Shown here one piece after another: positions 37,954 to 50,891 of a stretch of DNA of 64,000 nucleotides. The notes beneath the pieces are model-generated. The model saw only the letters and a list, made by a program, of their open reading frames with translations. It was not told where the DNA came from and did not search any database. This DNA comes from Octopus bimaculoides. Taxonomy: Eukaryota. The translations under genes were made by a program, and so were the position numbers. The stretch spans positions 24,061,758 to 24,125,757 of the forward strand of contig NC_068999.1 in the NCBI RefSeq assembly GCF_001194135.2, in the 5' to 3' direction. The stretch's first letter is position 1. The number at the start of each line of letters is the position of its first letter.

Positions 37954-38337
37954 TCAATCGGGATTCACAGTTTGGGTTGTGCTGTTCACCATTTTGATCA
38001 TTGAATACAAAATGTGGCTCATGAGGTCAGTGAAAAGATATGCAACAGATACAGATATTATTAAAAATAATAATATTACTATCCAGCAAGAATAAAGCAC
38101 CATAAAAGCTAAAATTATAAATACAAAGCAGAGATGTAGTGAATATTTTGAAATTTCAGTCGTTAATGATACATTCACCTGAAGGAGACCATTCGGATTG
38201 GTGCCTATGCATGTAATACGAAAGGTCTGAAACTGCAGTGTTGAATTATCCTTCATTCCTCTAATGGTCTTTGTAGGGGTAAGACAGAATTTTCCTATAT
38301 TCACTGCCTGCAAATATCTCTGCCTGTGAACATTCAC
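37954..38337 (-). CDS. Candidate 127-codon ORF with a hydrophobic segment, unidentified
   Basis: Non-repeat open frame with GTG start and a ~35-aa hydrophobic stretch. No homology recognised, and it may be a chance frame. Confidence 0.2.
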   Translation of the reverse strand: MNVHRQRYLQAVNIGKFCLTPTKTIRGMKDNSTLQFQTFRITCIGTNPNGLLQVNVSLTTEISKYSLHLCFVFIILAFMVLYSCWIVILLFLIISVSVAYLFTDLMSHILYSMIKMVNSTTQTVNPD

Positions 38338-39045
38338 TGAAGCTCAACATAGCACCGATAACTTACTGGCTGCTATTTCTAGCAATGATTATACATCATG
38401 TACATTTGCTTTATATATATATATGTTTATATATATATATATATATATATGCTGCTTCTTGATGCAGCATCTGATGAATTGTGTATTCTTCTTCCCTTTC
38501 CTCCATTATTCTTGGAGGCTCTGTAAATGTCATTGGCACTACACTTTCTCCTCGGACTAATCTAAAGTCATAAAAATTGTTAAATGGCTCTACCTTTAGT
38601 CATAATCACCATCTTGTGTAGTTGAAAATATTGATAAATGTCACCCGTGTTATATACACTTTTTATCAGATAAACATTTTGGGTAAATATCAATCTTTGC
38701 ACAATAGTTTAAAACATGGTAAATAAGCCAGAATTGAAATGAAAGGTCAAGAAAAATGCTATGCATAATAGATCTAAATAATAGAAAACAGAAAAATGTA
38801 GAAATATATTTTTGTCATTCGTTTTTTATTAAAGACTTGTAACTTTATGGTCTTTTCTTTCATTTTGTTAACCAGGCACAAAATCACTTGGTTTTATCAT
38901 TTAACATACCTTACCACATCCACATATCCACTTCCTCCTAGCTGTGCCAATTTAGTGGTTTTATGGAAGTTGCTTCTGGTTGGCTGCCATATAATAAGTC
39001 ATAAATGTAGCTGAATGAACAACATAATATATGATATGATATATA

Positions 39046-39411
39046 CAAAGGGGTGCTGAAAAGTTCATGGTTTTGGGTAAAAGAAAATACAGGAGGATCA
39101 TACAGTTCTATATTTAAGAGATGAGGAATTATGTACATTATTTACATTCGACGGATATTTGTCTTCATCTTGTTTGTTGTTAACAACAAACAAGATGAGG
39201 ACAAATATCCATCAACTGTAAATAATGTAAATAATGTACAGGAGGATCAGTTGATTATAATTTTATTCAAAATATTCTCCTCACAAATTCACACACTTAT
39301 TGCAGCAGTCCTTCAGCTTTTCTAAGCCCTGTAAAAGAATTCGGAAGGTTGGGCTTCCACCCAGGCCTTTTGCGATACTCTTAAAGCCAGGAACTTTTCA
39401 GCACTCCTTTG
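39046..39411. mobile_element. Mariner-type MITE with ~29-bp TIRs and TA target duplication
   Basis: TA|CAAAGGGGTGCTGAAAAGTTCATGGTTTT ... AAAGCCAGGAACTTTTCAGCACTCCTTTG|TA, with 3 mismatches between the TIRs. Confidence 0.9.
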
Positions 39412-39544
39412 TAATGTAATGTATATAATATAATATATAACGTAATATATAGTATATAAACCCACACATGAGATGTAGATAAACATTTGTTTTGTTTTTG
39501 TTTTTAAAACTGAAGAGCTGAATATGTTTTGAATATCTTTTGCA

Positions 39545-40520
39545 AGGGTGACGAGTTGGCAGAATTGTTACTGCACTGGGCAAAACGCTTAGTGGCATTT
39601 TGTCTGTCTTCATGTTCTGTGTTCAAATTCCATTGAAGTCAACTTTGACTTTCATCCTTTTGGGGTCAATAAAGTAAGTACCATTTGGGTGCTGGGGTCA
39701 ATGTAATCAACTTACCCCCTCCCCTCAAATTGTTGGTCTTGTGTCAAAATTTGAAACCAATATCTTATCTTTTACTCGTTCCAGTCATTGGTCTGCAGCC
39801 ATGCTGGAGTATTGTCTTGAAGGGTTTAGTCAAAATAGATCAACCCCAAAATTTATTTTTAAAGTTTAGTACTTATTCTGTCAGTATCTGCTAAGTTATG
39901 GAGATATAAACAAACCAACACCAGTTATCAAAGAGTTGGGGACAAACTCAAAGACACACACATGCACATACATATGACAGTTTCTGTCCACCAGATTCAC
40001 TCACAAGACTTTGGTTGACACAGGGCTATAGTAGAAGACACTTGTGCCATACAGTTGGACTGAACCTGGAACCATTTGATTACAAAACAAGCATCTTAAC
40101 GACACAGCCACTCCTGCTTGTATTAATAAATTCAATTTATGGCTTTAGATGTGCACAACCATAGGTATAGCTATGTAGTTAAGTTTATTTTACAGCTTTG
40201 TGGATCTGGATTTAATCACATTTTGTGACACCCTCAGTGTCTTCTACTGTTGACTTGATTTGACTAATATCCTTGGTGTGGAATTTGGTTGATGGAAATT
40301 GTGCAGAAGTCTGTCATGTGTGTGTGTTTGCATCTCTGTATATATTTACTGGTGTTCAGCTTCTGAATATCAAAGTGTAACTGTTTTAATGAATCTAGAT
40401 CTATAAAATAAGTGCCAGACTGAAATATCTAGTGGTGGTGGGGGTCACTATGAATGACTAAAACCATTTGAAGTCTATGCCCCGGTATGATTGCAATCCA
40501 ACATCTGAAACCGGTCAAAG
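39545..40520. mobile_element. SINE cluster: C (+, 39545-39760), A (-, 39760-40100), diverged A (+, 40140-40520)
   Basis: Matches to the family A and C motifs seen elsewhere in the window. Confidence 0.75.
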
Positions 40521-41109
40521 AATCTGAAATAGCTACTGAAAAACCCAGTTAAGCAACTAATTATCTACGTTACTTTTGATTTAGAGAAATATAATTGACA
40601 ATAAATATAACAACTGTTGTCCACAACCAAAAAAAACAAAAACAAAAAGAACCAATTCCTTCTCTAGCTACACGTCAAAGACTATTTGAAGTGATTACAA
40701 TATTAATGAGAGGGTTTCGTTAATTGAATTAATGTACCCTGAGGCTGAATGAATGGATTTTATAATGAAGTTCTTTATCTAAACAGAGTTATTAAATTTT
40801 CTTAATCTATTTTAATTATTTTCATTCAAATTTTGATAAAATCATATTTAGGGAAGCTTTACTAACTTTATTAGCATCACTGGTGTTGATAAGAATGTGG
40901 AAACGTATGAATACATCTGAAGTTGATTAAATACAGTAGTTTATTTTACAATGGGAAATGAACTAAACAATATATTTTACTGAATTATAAAATAATTGAA
41001 ATGAATACCAGGTTCATCAATATAGATTTTTTTACTCAACAGACATAATGTAAAATTATGAACTGTTTTTAAATTTGAATTCAGTTGAATATTTATTTTT
41101 ACTTTACTA

Positions 41110-41121
41110 CACACACACACA

Positions 41122-41196
<75 letters not shown>

Positions 41197-41360
41197 NNNN
41201 NNNNNNNNNNNNNNNNNNNNNNNNNNNNNNNNNNNNNNNNNNNNNNNNNNNNNNNNNNNNNNNNNNNNNNNNNNNNNNNNNNNNNNNNNNNNNNNNNNNN
41301 NNNNNNNNNNNNNNNNNNNNNNNNNNNNNNNNNCTCTCTCTCTCTCTCTCACACATATAT
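41110..41360. repeat. (CA)n(GCAC)n(CA)n - gap - (CT)n microsatellite
   Basis: Visible in sequence. Confidence 0.95.
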
Positions 41361-41603
41361 ATATGTTTAATCTTCCTTGCTTTTTTCTTCAGAAAATTTT
41401 TGAACATCTTTCAATCAATATACTTGTGGAAAATGAAATTGGATCTTATTTAGTTTAAAGAAAATGTTCTTAATTCAAACCAAAGTAACCGATGTCTCTG
41501 ATTTCATAAATAATAATTTGCTTTTTATCCCCACCCTCCCCATGATCTACCCATCATGTCTGAACACAACTAGCTGACATAGTACTATAGTTATCAGCAC
41601 ATA

Positions 41604-41809
41604 CCATATTTTCCAGCATACAAATTGAATTTTTCAGACCAACATTTACAGCCAAAAACAGAGGTTGACTTATACACCAAGACATCTTTTAAGAACGAAG
41701 ACTTCCAAGTGAAATGCAGTGGGATTTGGAGAAATAGAGATGATGTTTAATTGCTTACACTACATGTTTACATTACATACAACATAGACTTATATACTGG
41801 AAAATGCAA
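41604..41809. mobile_element. Degenerate Tc2/pogo-like MITE
   Basis: TA|CCATATTTTCCAGCATACAAATTGA ... TAGACTTATATACTGGAAAATGCAA|TA: decayed TIRs of the CCGTATTTTCCGG..TATAAGTCGA type. Confidence 0.5.
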
Positions 41810-43146
41810 TAATATGCACCTGTTGGCATTTTATTTTACTTATTTTACTTCAGTCTTTTCTCTCCTTCTTGGGCCAACGAAGAAGACATTTTTTTCTTAC
41901 ATTTTCTTCTCTAATGATTTCAGTTGAGGGACTTAAGCTTTGTTGGAGCACTGTCTTAAAGTGTTTGACTCAATTATGTTGATGCAGTACGTTGTCTGGT
42001 ACTCATTTTATCAATCTCTGTCTATTGAATAGCTGGGTTTATACTGAGATATATCTTTCTTTACATACATACACACACACACATACATACATACATGCAT
42101 ATGATGGGCTATTGCACAATTTCCATCTATCAAATCTCATTTACATGATATTGATTAACTCAAGACTGTGATAGAAATATACGCCCTAGATGCAAGATGC
42201 TGTGCAATAGATTTGAACCAGGCAACATGTGGTTGTAAAGTGAGATTCTTTCCCATAATTATGTTGGCTTACAATATTTTTTGTTTCTTAATTTTTTTTT
42301 TTTTTTTGTTCTAGAACATTTCAGAAAATGTTTACTGGTTAATCTACATTTGATTTCCCTGCCGAGATGAAATCCATTTATGTACATGTTATTTCCATAA
42401 TGATGACTTGTGTGTTTCAGATTTTCATTTTACTAGAAACAAGCTAGTAATTCATTGACTACATTAAGACTATAAAGAATTACGATCAATCTGGTGTTAT
42501 TCAATGATTTCAATTTTTATATTGTTGCTTTTAGTATTGCTTTTATAAAAATCTTTATGAAGATGTTTTATAAAGAAAGATCTGTAATTTACTCAAAGAA
42601 TTGACTTCTATTTTATTTATTTACTTATTTTTTTACATAAACCGGAAGATAATAAAAGTCGCTTAGCAATGAAAGTTCAGGGTGAAATATTTATTTGATA
42701 TTTTGGTTTTAAGAAACTCTAATTATGAACAAAAAAATGTTTTTCAAAGGGGTCAGTGAGCTGTGAATAATACTGAAAATTGTTATGTCATGTGGAGAGA
42801 CACACTGACTTAGAAGGATATTCAAGCTCTGATATATTTAAATTATGTAATAAATCTATAACAAATTGAGGAGCTCATGACTATTATTAATCTATGGTTG
42901 TGGATGCCTTATACATATTATTTCTTTAATGCATTAAGTTATTGATCAGGTGACTGTCATTGCTGAAAGATAAAGATCTTAACATAAATATTAATAACAA
43001 CTGTCTGCATGTGTAGTTTTGTGAATAGAGCATTGCTACTACTCTGCAATTCTGAATTTGGCCTGGAACTATGTACATTTTCAGGAATATGATATCTTAT
43101 GATGATGTCAGATCAAGCCAATTAGAATATTCTGTAAATGTAAATA

Positions 43147-43189
<43 letters not shown>

Positions 43190-44086
43190 CTATGATGAGA
43201 TTAACAGTCTGAAAAATTATTATCTTAGTAGCAATAACTCAAAACATTAGACATTAAAAAAGAACAAAAAAAAAAAACAAACAAAAAATAGACAATGTCT
43301 GTGTATATTTGAAATCTTAAAATACTAAATTTATCCTCTGGAAATTATTTCATTTCTTTCATTTCTCAAAAGTTTTTACAGTCAACTTCAATAATAGTTT
43401 CTGATCTAGGTACAAGGTCAGTAGTTTTGATGAGAAGCAGGGTCGGTCAATATCATTGCCCCCTGTACTTGACTGGTATTCTATTTTATTGACTAGTTGA
43501 CTATGGCAGGATTTGAACTGAGAAATCAGATCATAAAGAGCTGAAAGAAATACTGCAGATTATTTTTTCCAATGCTCTAATTATTTTTGCAGCTTGTGCT
43601 GCCGTGGTTAAACAATCAATTTTAATATTTATAGTTTAATTTCTCTCTTTTTCTTCATAAGCTTAATGGAATATCAATAGCTTTAATTTTCTCTTTCGTT
43701 CTAATCATGAATTTCTCTTCTCATTGTTGTTTAGCCCCAGGTCAATTCTGACTAAACAGATCTTATGATCAAAGGCATTCAAACCATAACCATTGTGTCT
43801 TTAATTTAATTGTCTATAACTGCATTGACTGATGTGCCCCTGCCTTTTCAAGATGGCAGGGTGAAATTTGAGGAAGATTTGACTGGTATTTCTAGCAGAT
43901 TGAATGACTAACCTGTAGTCTAAGGAGTTGACTGTTCACAACTATTAGATATACATTTCAGATTAATCTTTCTCACTCTTAATTAAAGGCTTCTTTAACA
44001 ATATGGTAGGAATTTTTGATTTTGTAGGGAACAAATTATTAAAATTCTATGATTTCTTGTAGAATCTGTACAGTAAATTACTGCAG

Positions 44087-44181
44087 TGCTACCCTCTTCT
44101 CTCTCTACTTGTTATTGGATATATTTATCACCTTACATCAAGAATATTTGGCACATATAAAAAATGGCAGAATTTATGGAG
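44087..44181 (+). CDS. Candidate exon, unidentified
   Basis: CTGCAG acceptor and GAG|GTAATC donor. Two open frames, e.g. ATLFSLYLLLDIFITLHQEYLAHIKNGRIYG. Confidence 0.22.
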
Positions 44182-44634
44182 GTAATCTAACATGGTAGAT
44201 AATTCCTAGTTCACTTAAGATTGATTGTTCTATTAGAAAACTTAGATCAAACTTCTTATTGAAATCATGTTATTTCTCTTATACTCTGTGGAAATAAATA
44301 TACAAGTCAAGAGACCACTTCAAATCTTTAACACTGTATCCTATTAAATATGTTCAGGCATTCAAGTTATTAATTATCCTTAATCTCTACCTTTGCTGGA
44401 AGAATTCAGTTAGGACTCCCATCAGAAATGTATTGCACGATCCCATCATGTTATTTTTTTCCCTATACAAGTATGAATTTAGCATTAAGTATGAATGAGT
44501 TAATATCTAATAACAAAGGAATTTTCTTTAATTTAGAGATTTGAGTTAGGGAATGTAATGTTAAGTAGTTACATAATAAATAACAATTATTCTTTATTTT
44601 ATATTCAAGTCATATGCTAGGAATTTCTCTTCAG

Positions 44635-44683
44635 GAAACCTTTATGATAATGCATCCGATATAAACAGGATCTTGTATTTAAA
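44635..44683 (+). CDS. Candidate exon, unidentified
   Basis: TTTCTCTTCAG acceptor, AA|GTAAAG donor, frame GNLYDNASDINRILYLK. Phase-compatible with 44087-44181. Confidence 0.25.
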
Positions 44684-46039
44684 GTAAAGTTATCAGTCTA
44701 GTTACTGAACTTATTGTTAGCTTGACACTGACTTCATGTGATCACATTTGTAGGATTAATTATAGATGGAAGATTGAAAATAGAACAAATGTTTTGAATT
44801 TTAGCTATTAAGAATGTTATTATTGAATGGTGAAGAATACCCTTTTATTTCTGATTAATATTTTCATGCAGAATGCTGCAAACCTGCTACAGACCTCAAT
44901 TCTTATTTCTTCTGTAAAAATGATCAATATTCATTATGTTATATTCTATAACATCTTGCCTGCATATCCATTTTTGTCTATGAGCTCTTTTCATCTCGCT
45001 GCCTAAATTGTCATATAAACAAAAAATTCCATTAGTATGTGTGAGTATAGTGTTTTGCTTGATGCATTCTTGGAATCAATGATAAAGAATGAATTTTGTT
45101 GTAACAACAAATAACATAAGAAACTGTATTGTGTTAAGGTTTTCTCAAACTTGTTGTTATTTGAGAAGTCAGAAATTCTGTCATGAAATATATGGTCCCC
45201 ATGCCAGAAGGAACAGTACCACAACATACATAATAATCAATTTTCATTTATTCATTTGAAGGCTGTTATATAAGACAGTGTCTCACAGATGTAAGGACAA
45301 ATATAATATGCAAGTGATAAAAATGCTATGAAGTAGTGCTAAAAATAAATGAATGATAAAACAAAATGTGTTGTATGAAATATGACACCTTAACTTTACT
45401 GTCTTATATTAATATCAGGTCAGTTTTACTGTTCGGTACACGAATGTGGATTTTTAACTTTTTGAAATGGTCACAAAAATATATAGGAGGGTATAGTGGA
45501 TTAAAGTGACCCCTAATGCATTACTGGTAATTATTTCATTGACTTCAAAAGAATAACATGTGATGCTGGTTAAAGCAAGATTTGAACCAAGAATGAAAAC
45601 ATGAGAATAAGCACTATGCAACATTCTGGTTAATTTTATCACTTCCCCACCTGCTCAATAAATCTACTATTGAGTGCACAACAAGAGATAGGCATTTTTG
45701 AATTCTATATAACATGATAATGAAATATCAAATAGCATGAGCAAAGAATATAAACAAAGATAGTTTACAGAGATACAATAATATCATTTAAAAGCAAATG
45801 GCATCAGTACTCAGCTTTGTTATGAATACTTAAATTTGTTAGTAAATGTTACGTCCATGTTGCAAAGATTCAGTCTATTAGCAAAGGAAGAGTTTAAATG
45901 GTTTTTGCTGCGATAGTTCAAGAGTGGAGAGCCATTTCAGTATCAAGGGCAAATGGCAAGATTTAGTGGGGCGTGGCATATCTGTTTGGAGTAAAATAAC
46001 AAATCCTTAATTTTACAAATTAATAGATTTTTTTGATCT

Positions 46040-46840
<801 letters not shown>

Positions 46841-46989
46841 ATATCTATATGTGTGTGTGTGTACACACATATAGATATAAGTGTATATACATTATACCTA
46901 TGTGTGTGCATGTATTTATATGTATGTTTTGCAAACAACTTGCACATGCAAGTGATACCAGTCGAAAACTCTGCATACTGGATACCAGC

Positions 46990-49135
46990 AAGTATATGGG
47001 GTCATTAGAAGAGAATGCATGCCATTTCAGGCCCTACTTCTCAATAGCATCATTGCACACCAGCCACACTCACTGTAATGAGGCCCCACTTGCTAGATTA
47101 ACTGGTTATCAGGTATAGCTTAATATTCTTCTAGCCATTGCTTGTCTCTTTTTAACCAAATCCAGTGGTTTGCCTTTTCCACTGTAGTTTGGATATCACT
47201 CATGGTGGTGTTTGCTTTATGATGAGTTAGGCCTAACAATAACAACAGTCACTTCACACTGTGTCCAATGAATCCTCTACATCCGACTTTGATTAGAAAA
47301 TGCTCTGTTTTCCAACCTGTGTTTTCACATTCCTCGAAGAGGTTTATGTAATGGTCAATCTTCCGAGCCTGAGCAGTGTCCATGTTATCTTCATGAAGAA
47401 CTGTTAACTCAACTTGATTTACCACTTTCTTTCTTTCACACCATATTATGATATCTGGTTTCTTTGTAACTGGGATGGGAAAGAATCATTGGCACCCTGG
47501 TAAATCTGAAGCCACCTCCCAATAGCTGTTCCACCTTTCATTGCTCACAGGAAGTTTCTTCTTGAAACGGATATGCTGTCCTGAGTGCACAAAGATAATG
47601 AAATCTCTGGTTGGTTCTTTCAATGGTTTTCTTTGCCACTGTTGATGTGAGCAATTTGGTTCTTTATAGCATTGAAGATAACCTTAAGGACCAGATTGTG
47701 TCTCCATGTATATCTATTCAATGCCAGTGACCAGTTGGAAAGAATATGTTTCAGTGTTCCGACTTTTCCGCATCTGCACATATCATTTTCTGAGATGCTC
47801 CACCTGACTAGATTTGTAGGCGATGGCATGACATTGTAAGATGAACGAATCAGAAAAGTTAGACGTGATGTAGTCCACCTCCATATCTCATTCCAACTTA
47901 TTTTTCTTTCAGCAATGTGTTCCTCCCATTTCATTATCTGTCTTGTTGAGCACATTGGATCAAATGAAACTCTCTTCTCTCTGTTTTCATTGCTTTGATG
48001 CTGTTGCTAACAACAGATCTGCATTTGCTCTGTATCATGCTTGCAAACGGTCTGAAATGATCTGCGCCAAATCCAAGTCTCTTCTGATGAATTTGTGTTG
48101 CACCTACCATATCTTGGTGCATAAGTGAAGACAGGATGTCATCAGTGTCTGCTTTCAACTTGCTGGCTGTTTTTACATAATCTGGTGGATTATGCCTGAT
48201 TTCTATATCTTTTGACTCTCTCAGCATCATCACTGTTCGTACCTTCCCTAGTTAATAAATTTTGACTAGTGGTACCAGTGGTAACTGCAACAAGCCTCTT
48301 TTACAATAGAGAGCTGAACTGCTCAATATCTGAGGTAGGCCTAGCCACATTTTAATGAACACATAACATTTTTGTTCAATGATTTGAATTCTTGACAGTG
48401 CCACCTTGTATATTAGAAGTGGCCACGAAAGGCGCAAATACAAGCCAAACTGTAAGCACCATATTTTATATTTACCTGGTAGCTTTGAGCTATCAATTGC
48501 TGTTAGCCCATCCTCGGCTTGTTTCATAATTTGCATCCCACGACTCCTATCTGACAATGTTCCAGCGTATACACGTCCCAAGCTGTTAACGGACTTTTCC
48601 TTGACTTTTGGAATGTTTTCTTCAGCTATTTTAAACTTGACTTCTTTTTGCACTTCCTTAATAAATGTCAGACTATGCGACTTTTTTGCTCTGAATCACA
48701 TCCTTGACCACTTCACCAGCTCATCTAGCCTCAAGAGGGCACTCTGCATGATTTGTTTGTCAGCAGAAGTGTCACATCATCCATGAATGCCTTCTTAGGT
48801 GATTGTGCATGGGCGATTTGTTCCGAAAAGTCTGCTGCTTTCAAAATCATTTCCATGACTAGGATAAACTATGTGACAGATATTGTGCTACCAGCAGCAA
48901 TGCCAATCTCCAATCAGTGCCAAGCTGTTGTAAAATTTCCAGCAGTAAGCCTCATCTCGAAACTGTCATAATACACCCACATTAATCTTGTTACTTTCTC
49001 CGGAATGTGGAAGTGGTCCATGGTTCTCATCAGTAATTTGTGTGGCTCTGAGCCATATGCATTAGCTAGATTAAGCCATACCACATTCAGACTTGTCTTG
49101 TTCTGTTTGGCATACTTGTTTGTTTTCTAAATGCA
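46990..49135 (-). mobile_element. 5'-truncated HERO-type RLE LINE (RT, CCHC, PD-(D/E)xK endonuclease, 3' UTR), pseudogenised
   Basis: VVWLNLANAYGS; AFMDD; IDSSKLPGKYKIWCLQFGLYLRLSWPLLIY..WLGLP...SSSALY; CRCGKVGTLKHILS..RYTWRHN; KPDIIIWCERKKVVNQVELTV..EDN..RKIDHY..VGCRGF..VEKANHWIWLKR. Confidence 0.9.
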
Positions 49136-49214
49136 CATCGTATCTGTGGGTGTATATATATGTATGTATGAATGAGTGAACAAATGAAAGAAAGTGGTAC
49201 TCAACACATGTGGT

Positions 49215-50539
49215 AGGATTTACATGTATTATCTAATAACAATTTAAATCAGCTCCATGCAGCTTAAAGTTTCATAGGTTTGTAAAATGAGCCTAGCTTG
49301 TCAGGCTTCTGGAGACTGAGTAACCAGATGAGACAAATTCAAGATGGCTTCTAGTTGTTAGGCCTCTCGTAGTCAACTCTGTTCACATGGTATTATTGGT
49401 CTGGAAGTGACATCAGCTCTTATCTTTGTTCTTAGGTTCATGCAATCAAACAAATTGTTGGTAGTTAGCTGTGTTGTTACTATGTCTGAAGACTGCAAGA
49501 TAATTTATTTAGTGATATCACTTCATTGCATTTGCTACTACACATGACAAAGTGGGGTGTTATTGGTTAGTCAAAAACATTATAGTGACAACAAACTATC
49601 CATGGGAGTAACCAGATTTAGTGGTATTGGATTAAACTTTGGTGGTGCTGTATTGGATAGTCAGCTTGGATGGGATTGTAGTCTATATGAGTGGCAGGGG
49701 TTAAGTATTGTACCCTTAAGTATGGAGCAGACAAGCCTAAGATGGTATTGTGGCTTGAAGTTCGTTGACAGGGTGTACCTCTGGTGCCAAAAGAAGATAG
49801 TTCAGTCTTCCTGTTGATGGATACTGCAGGTTAGTGGAGTATGTGCAGTTTCTTGTGGAGGCAGAATTAGCAATTGTGAGTTTCAGGTGAGTACAGAAGG
49901 GCTCTGTCAATAATACTTCATTTCATGTTGGGGAAGTCATTCCATTGGTCATAGAGCCTCCAGATAAAACAGGACAAGGAAGTGGAGTTTTCACTATCTC
50001 TGCATCTGAAAGAATGCATATGTGTTGTATACCTTCCTCTGAAGTTATTAGCTGTAATTTCCCTCTAGTGTCTTGTAATACCATCAGTTGGTATGAGGGT
50101 AGCTCTATAGACCTCAGGCCCTGAGATGCAGGGTTCTGCCAGTAGGCAGTTGTAGGATTTCAATAGTTACAGGTCAGAGTGTGTATTGGAGGCTGTGTAG
50201 GTATGTGTTTGTACTGTAGTGTTCTCCACTAATGAGTAATAACACTCTGCTCTGCCATATGTAGCAGCAAATGCAATGAACTGATGTCACTAAATAAACC
50301 ATACCACACTCCAAACATAGCAGCAACAGGTACCTATCAACATGAACCAAGAACAAAGATAAGAACTGATATTGCTTCCAAACCAATAACACCATATGAC
50401 CTGAGTTGACCAAGAGAGGCCTAACATCTAGAAGCCATTTTATATTTGTCTCATCCTGCCCTTCAAACTCCAGATGTCTAACAAGCTAGTTACATTCTAT
50501 AAGCTTTGAGTTGCATGAAGCTAAATCAAACTGTTATTA
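49215..50539 (-). mobile_element. Penelope-like element (Naiad-type) GIY-YIG relic with inverted pseudo-LTR arms
   Basis: ~50170-49745 minus: CLLAEPC..VYRATL..FRGRYTTHMHSFR..NSTSLSCFIWRL..K*SIIDRA..YSPETHNC*FCLHKKLHI..INRKTEL. Arms 49234-~49600 and ~50200-50539 are inverted homologues. Confidence 0.88.
49253..49314 (-). ncRNA. Decayed type I hammerhead-like motif in the PLE pLTR
   Basis: CTCCA-GAA-GC CTGACAA G CTAGG..CCTA T GAAAC TTTAA G(C/T)T GC-A-TGGAG. Stem I pairing (CTCCA/TGGAG, GC/GC) and stem II (TAGG/CCTA) are present. The core has G8>A and this copy has C at the U16.1 position. Confidence 0.45.
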
Positions 50540-50545
50540 AATGAC

Positions 50546-50576
<31 letters not shown>

Positions 50577-50659
50577 TATGTATGCATGTATGTGTATATA
50601 TAATATGTGTGTGTGTATGTATATCATCATCATCATTTAATGTCCAATGTCCATGTATA

Positions 50660-50843
50660 TTTTCTTTTACTTGTTTCAGTCATTTGACTGTGGCCTCCTC
50701 TTTTAGTTGAACAAATCGACCCCAGGACTTATTCTTTGTAAGCCTAGTACTTATACTATCGGTCTCTTTTGTTGAGCTGCTAAGTTACAGGGATGTAAAC
50801 ACACCAATATTGGTTGTCAAGTGATGGTGGGAGTACAAACACA

Positions 50844-50891
<48 letters not shown>

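Noticed and set aside
44365-44470. U12-type branch point/AC acceptor (TATCCTTAATCTCTAC) and ATATCCTT/GTATCCTT motifs at ~34967 and ~53992
   Set aside because: The branch-to-AC distance is short, no coherent donor-acceptor pair was found, and such 8-mers are expected by chance in 64 kb of AT-rich DNA.
49918-49920. In-frame TGA in the PLE GIY-YIG as possible selenocysteine
   Set aside because: It aligns with the conserved Trp (xKWSI), so it is probably TGG>TGA decay. The stop in the CxxC region is TAA, and no SECIS was identified.
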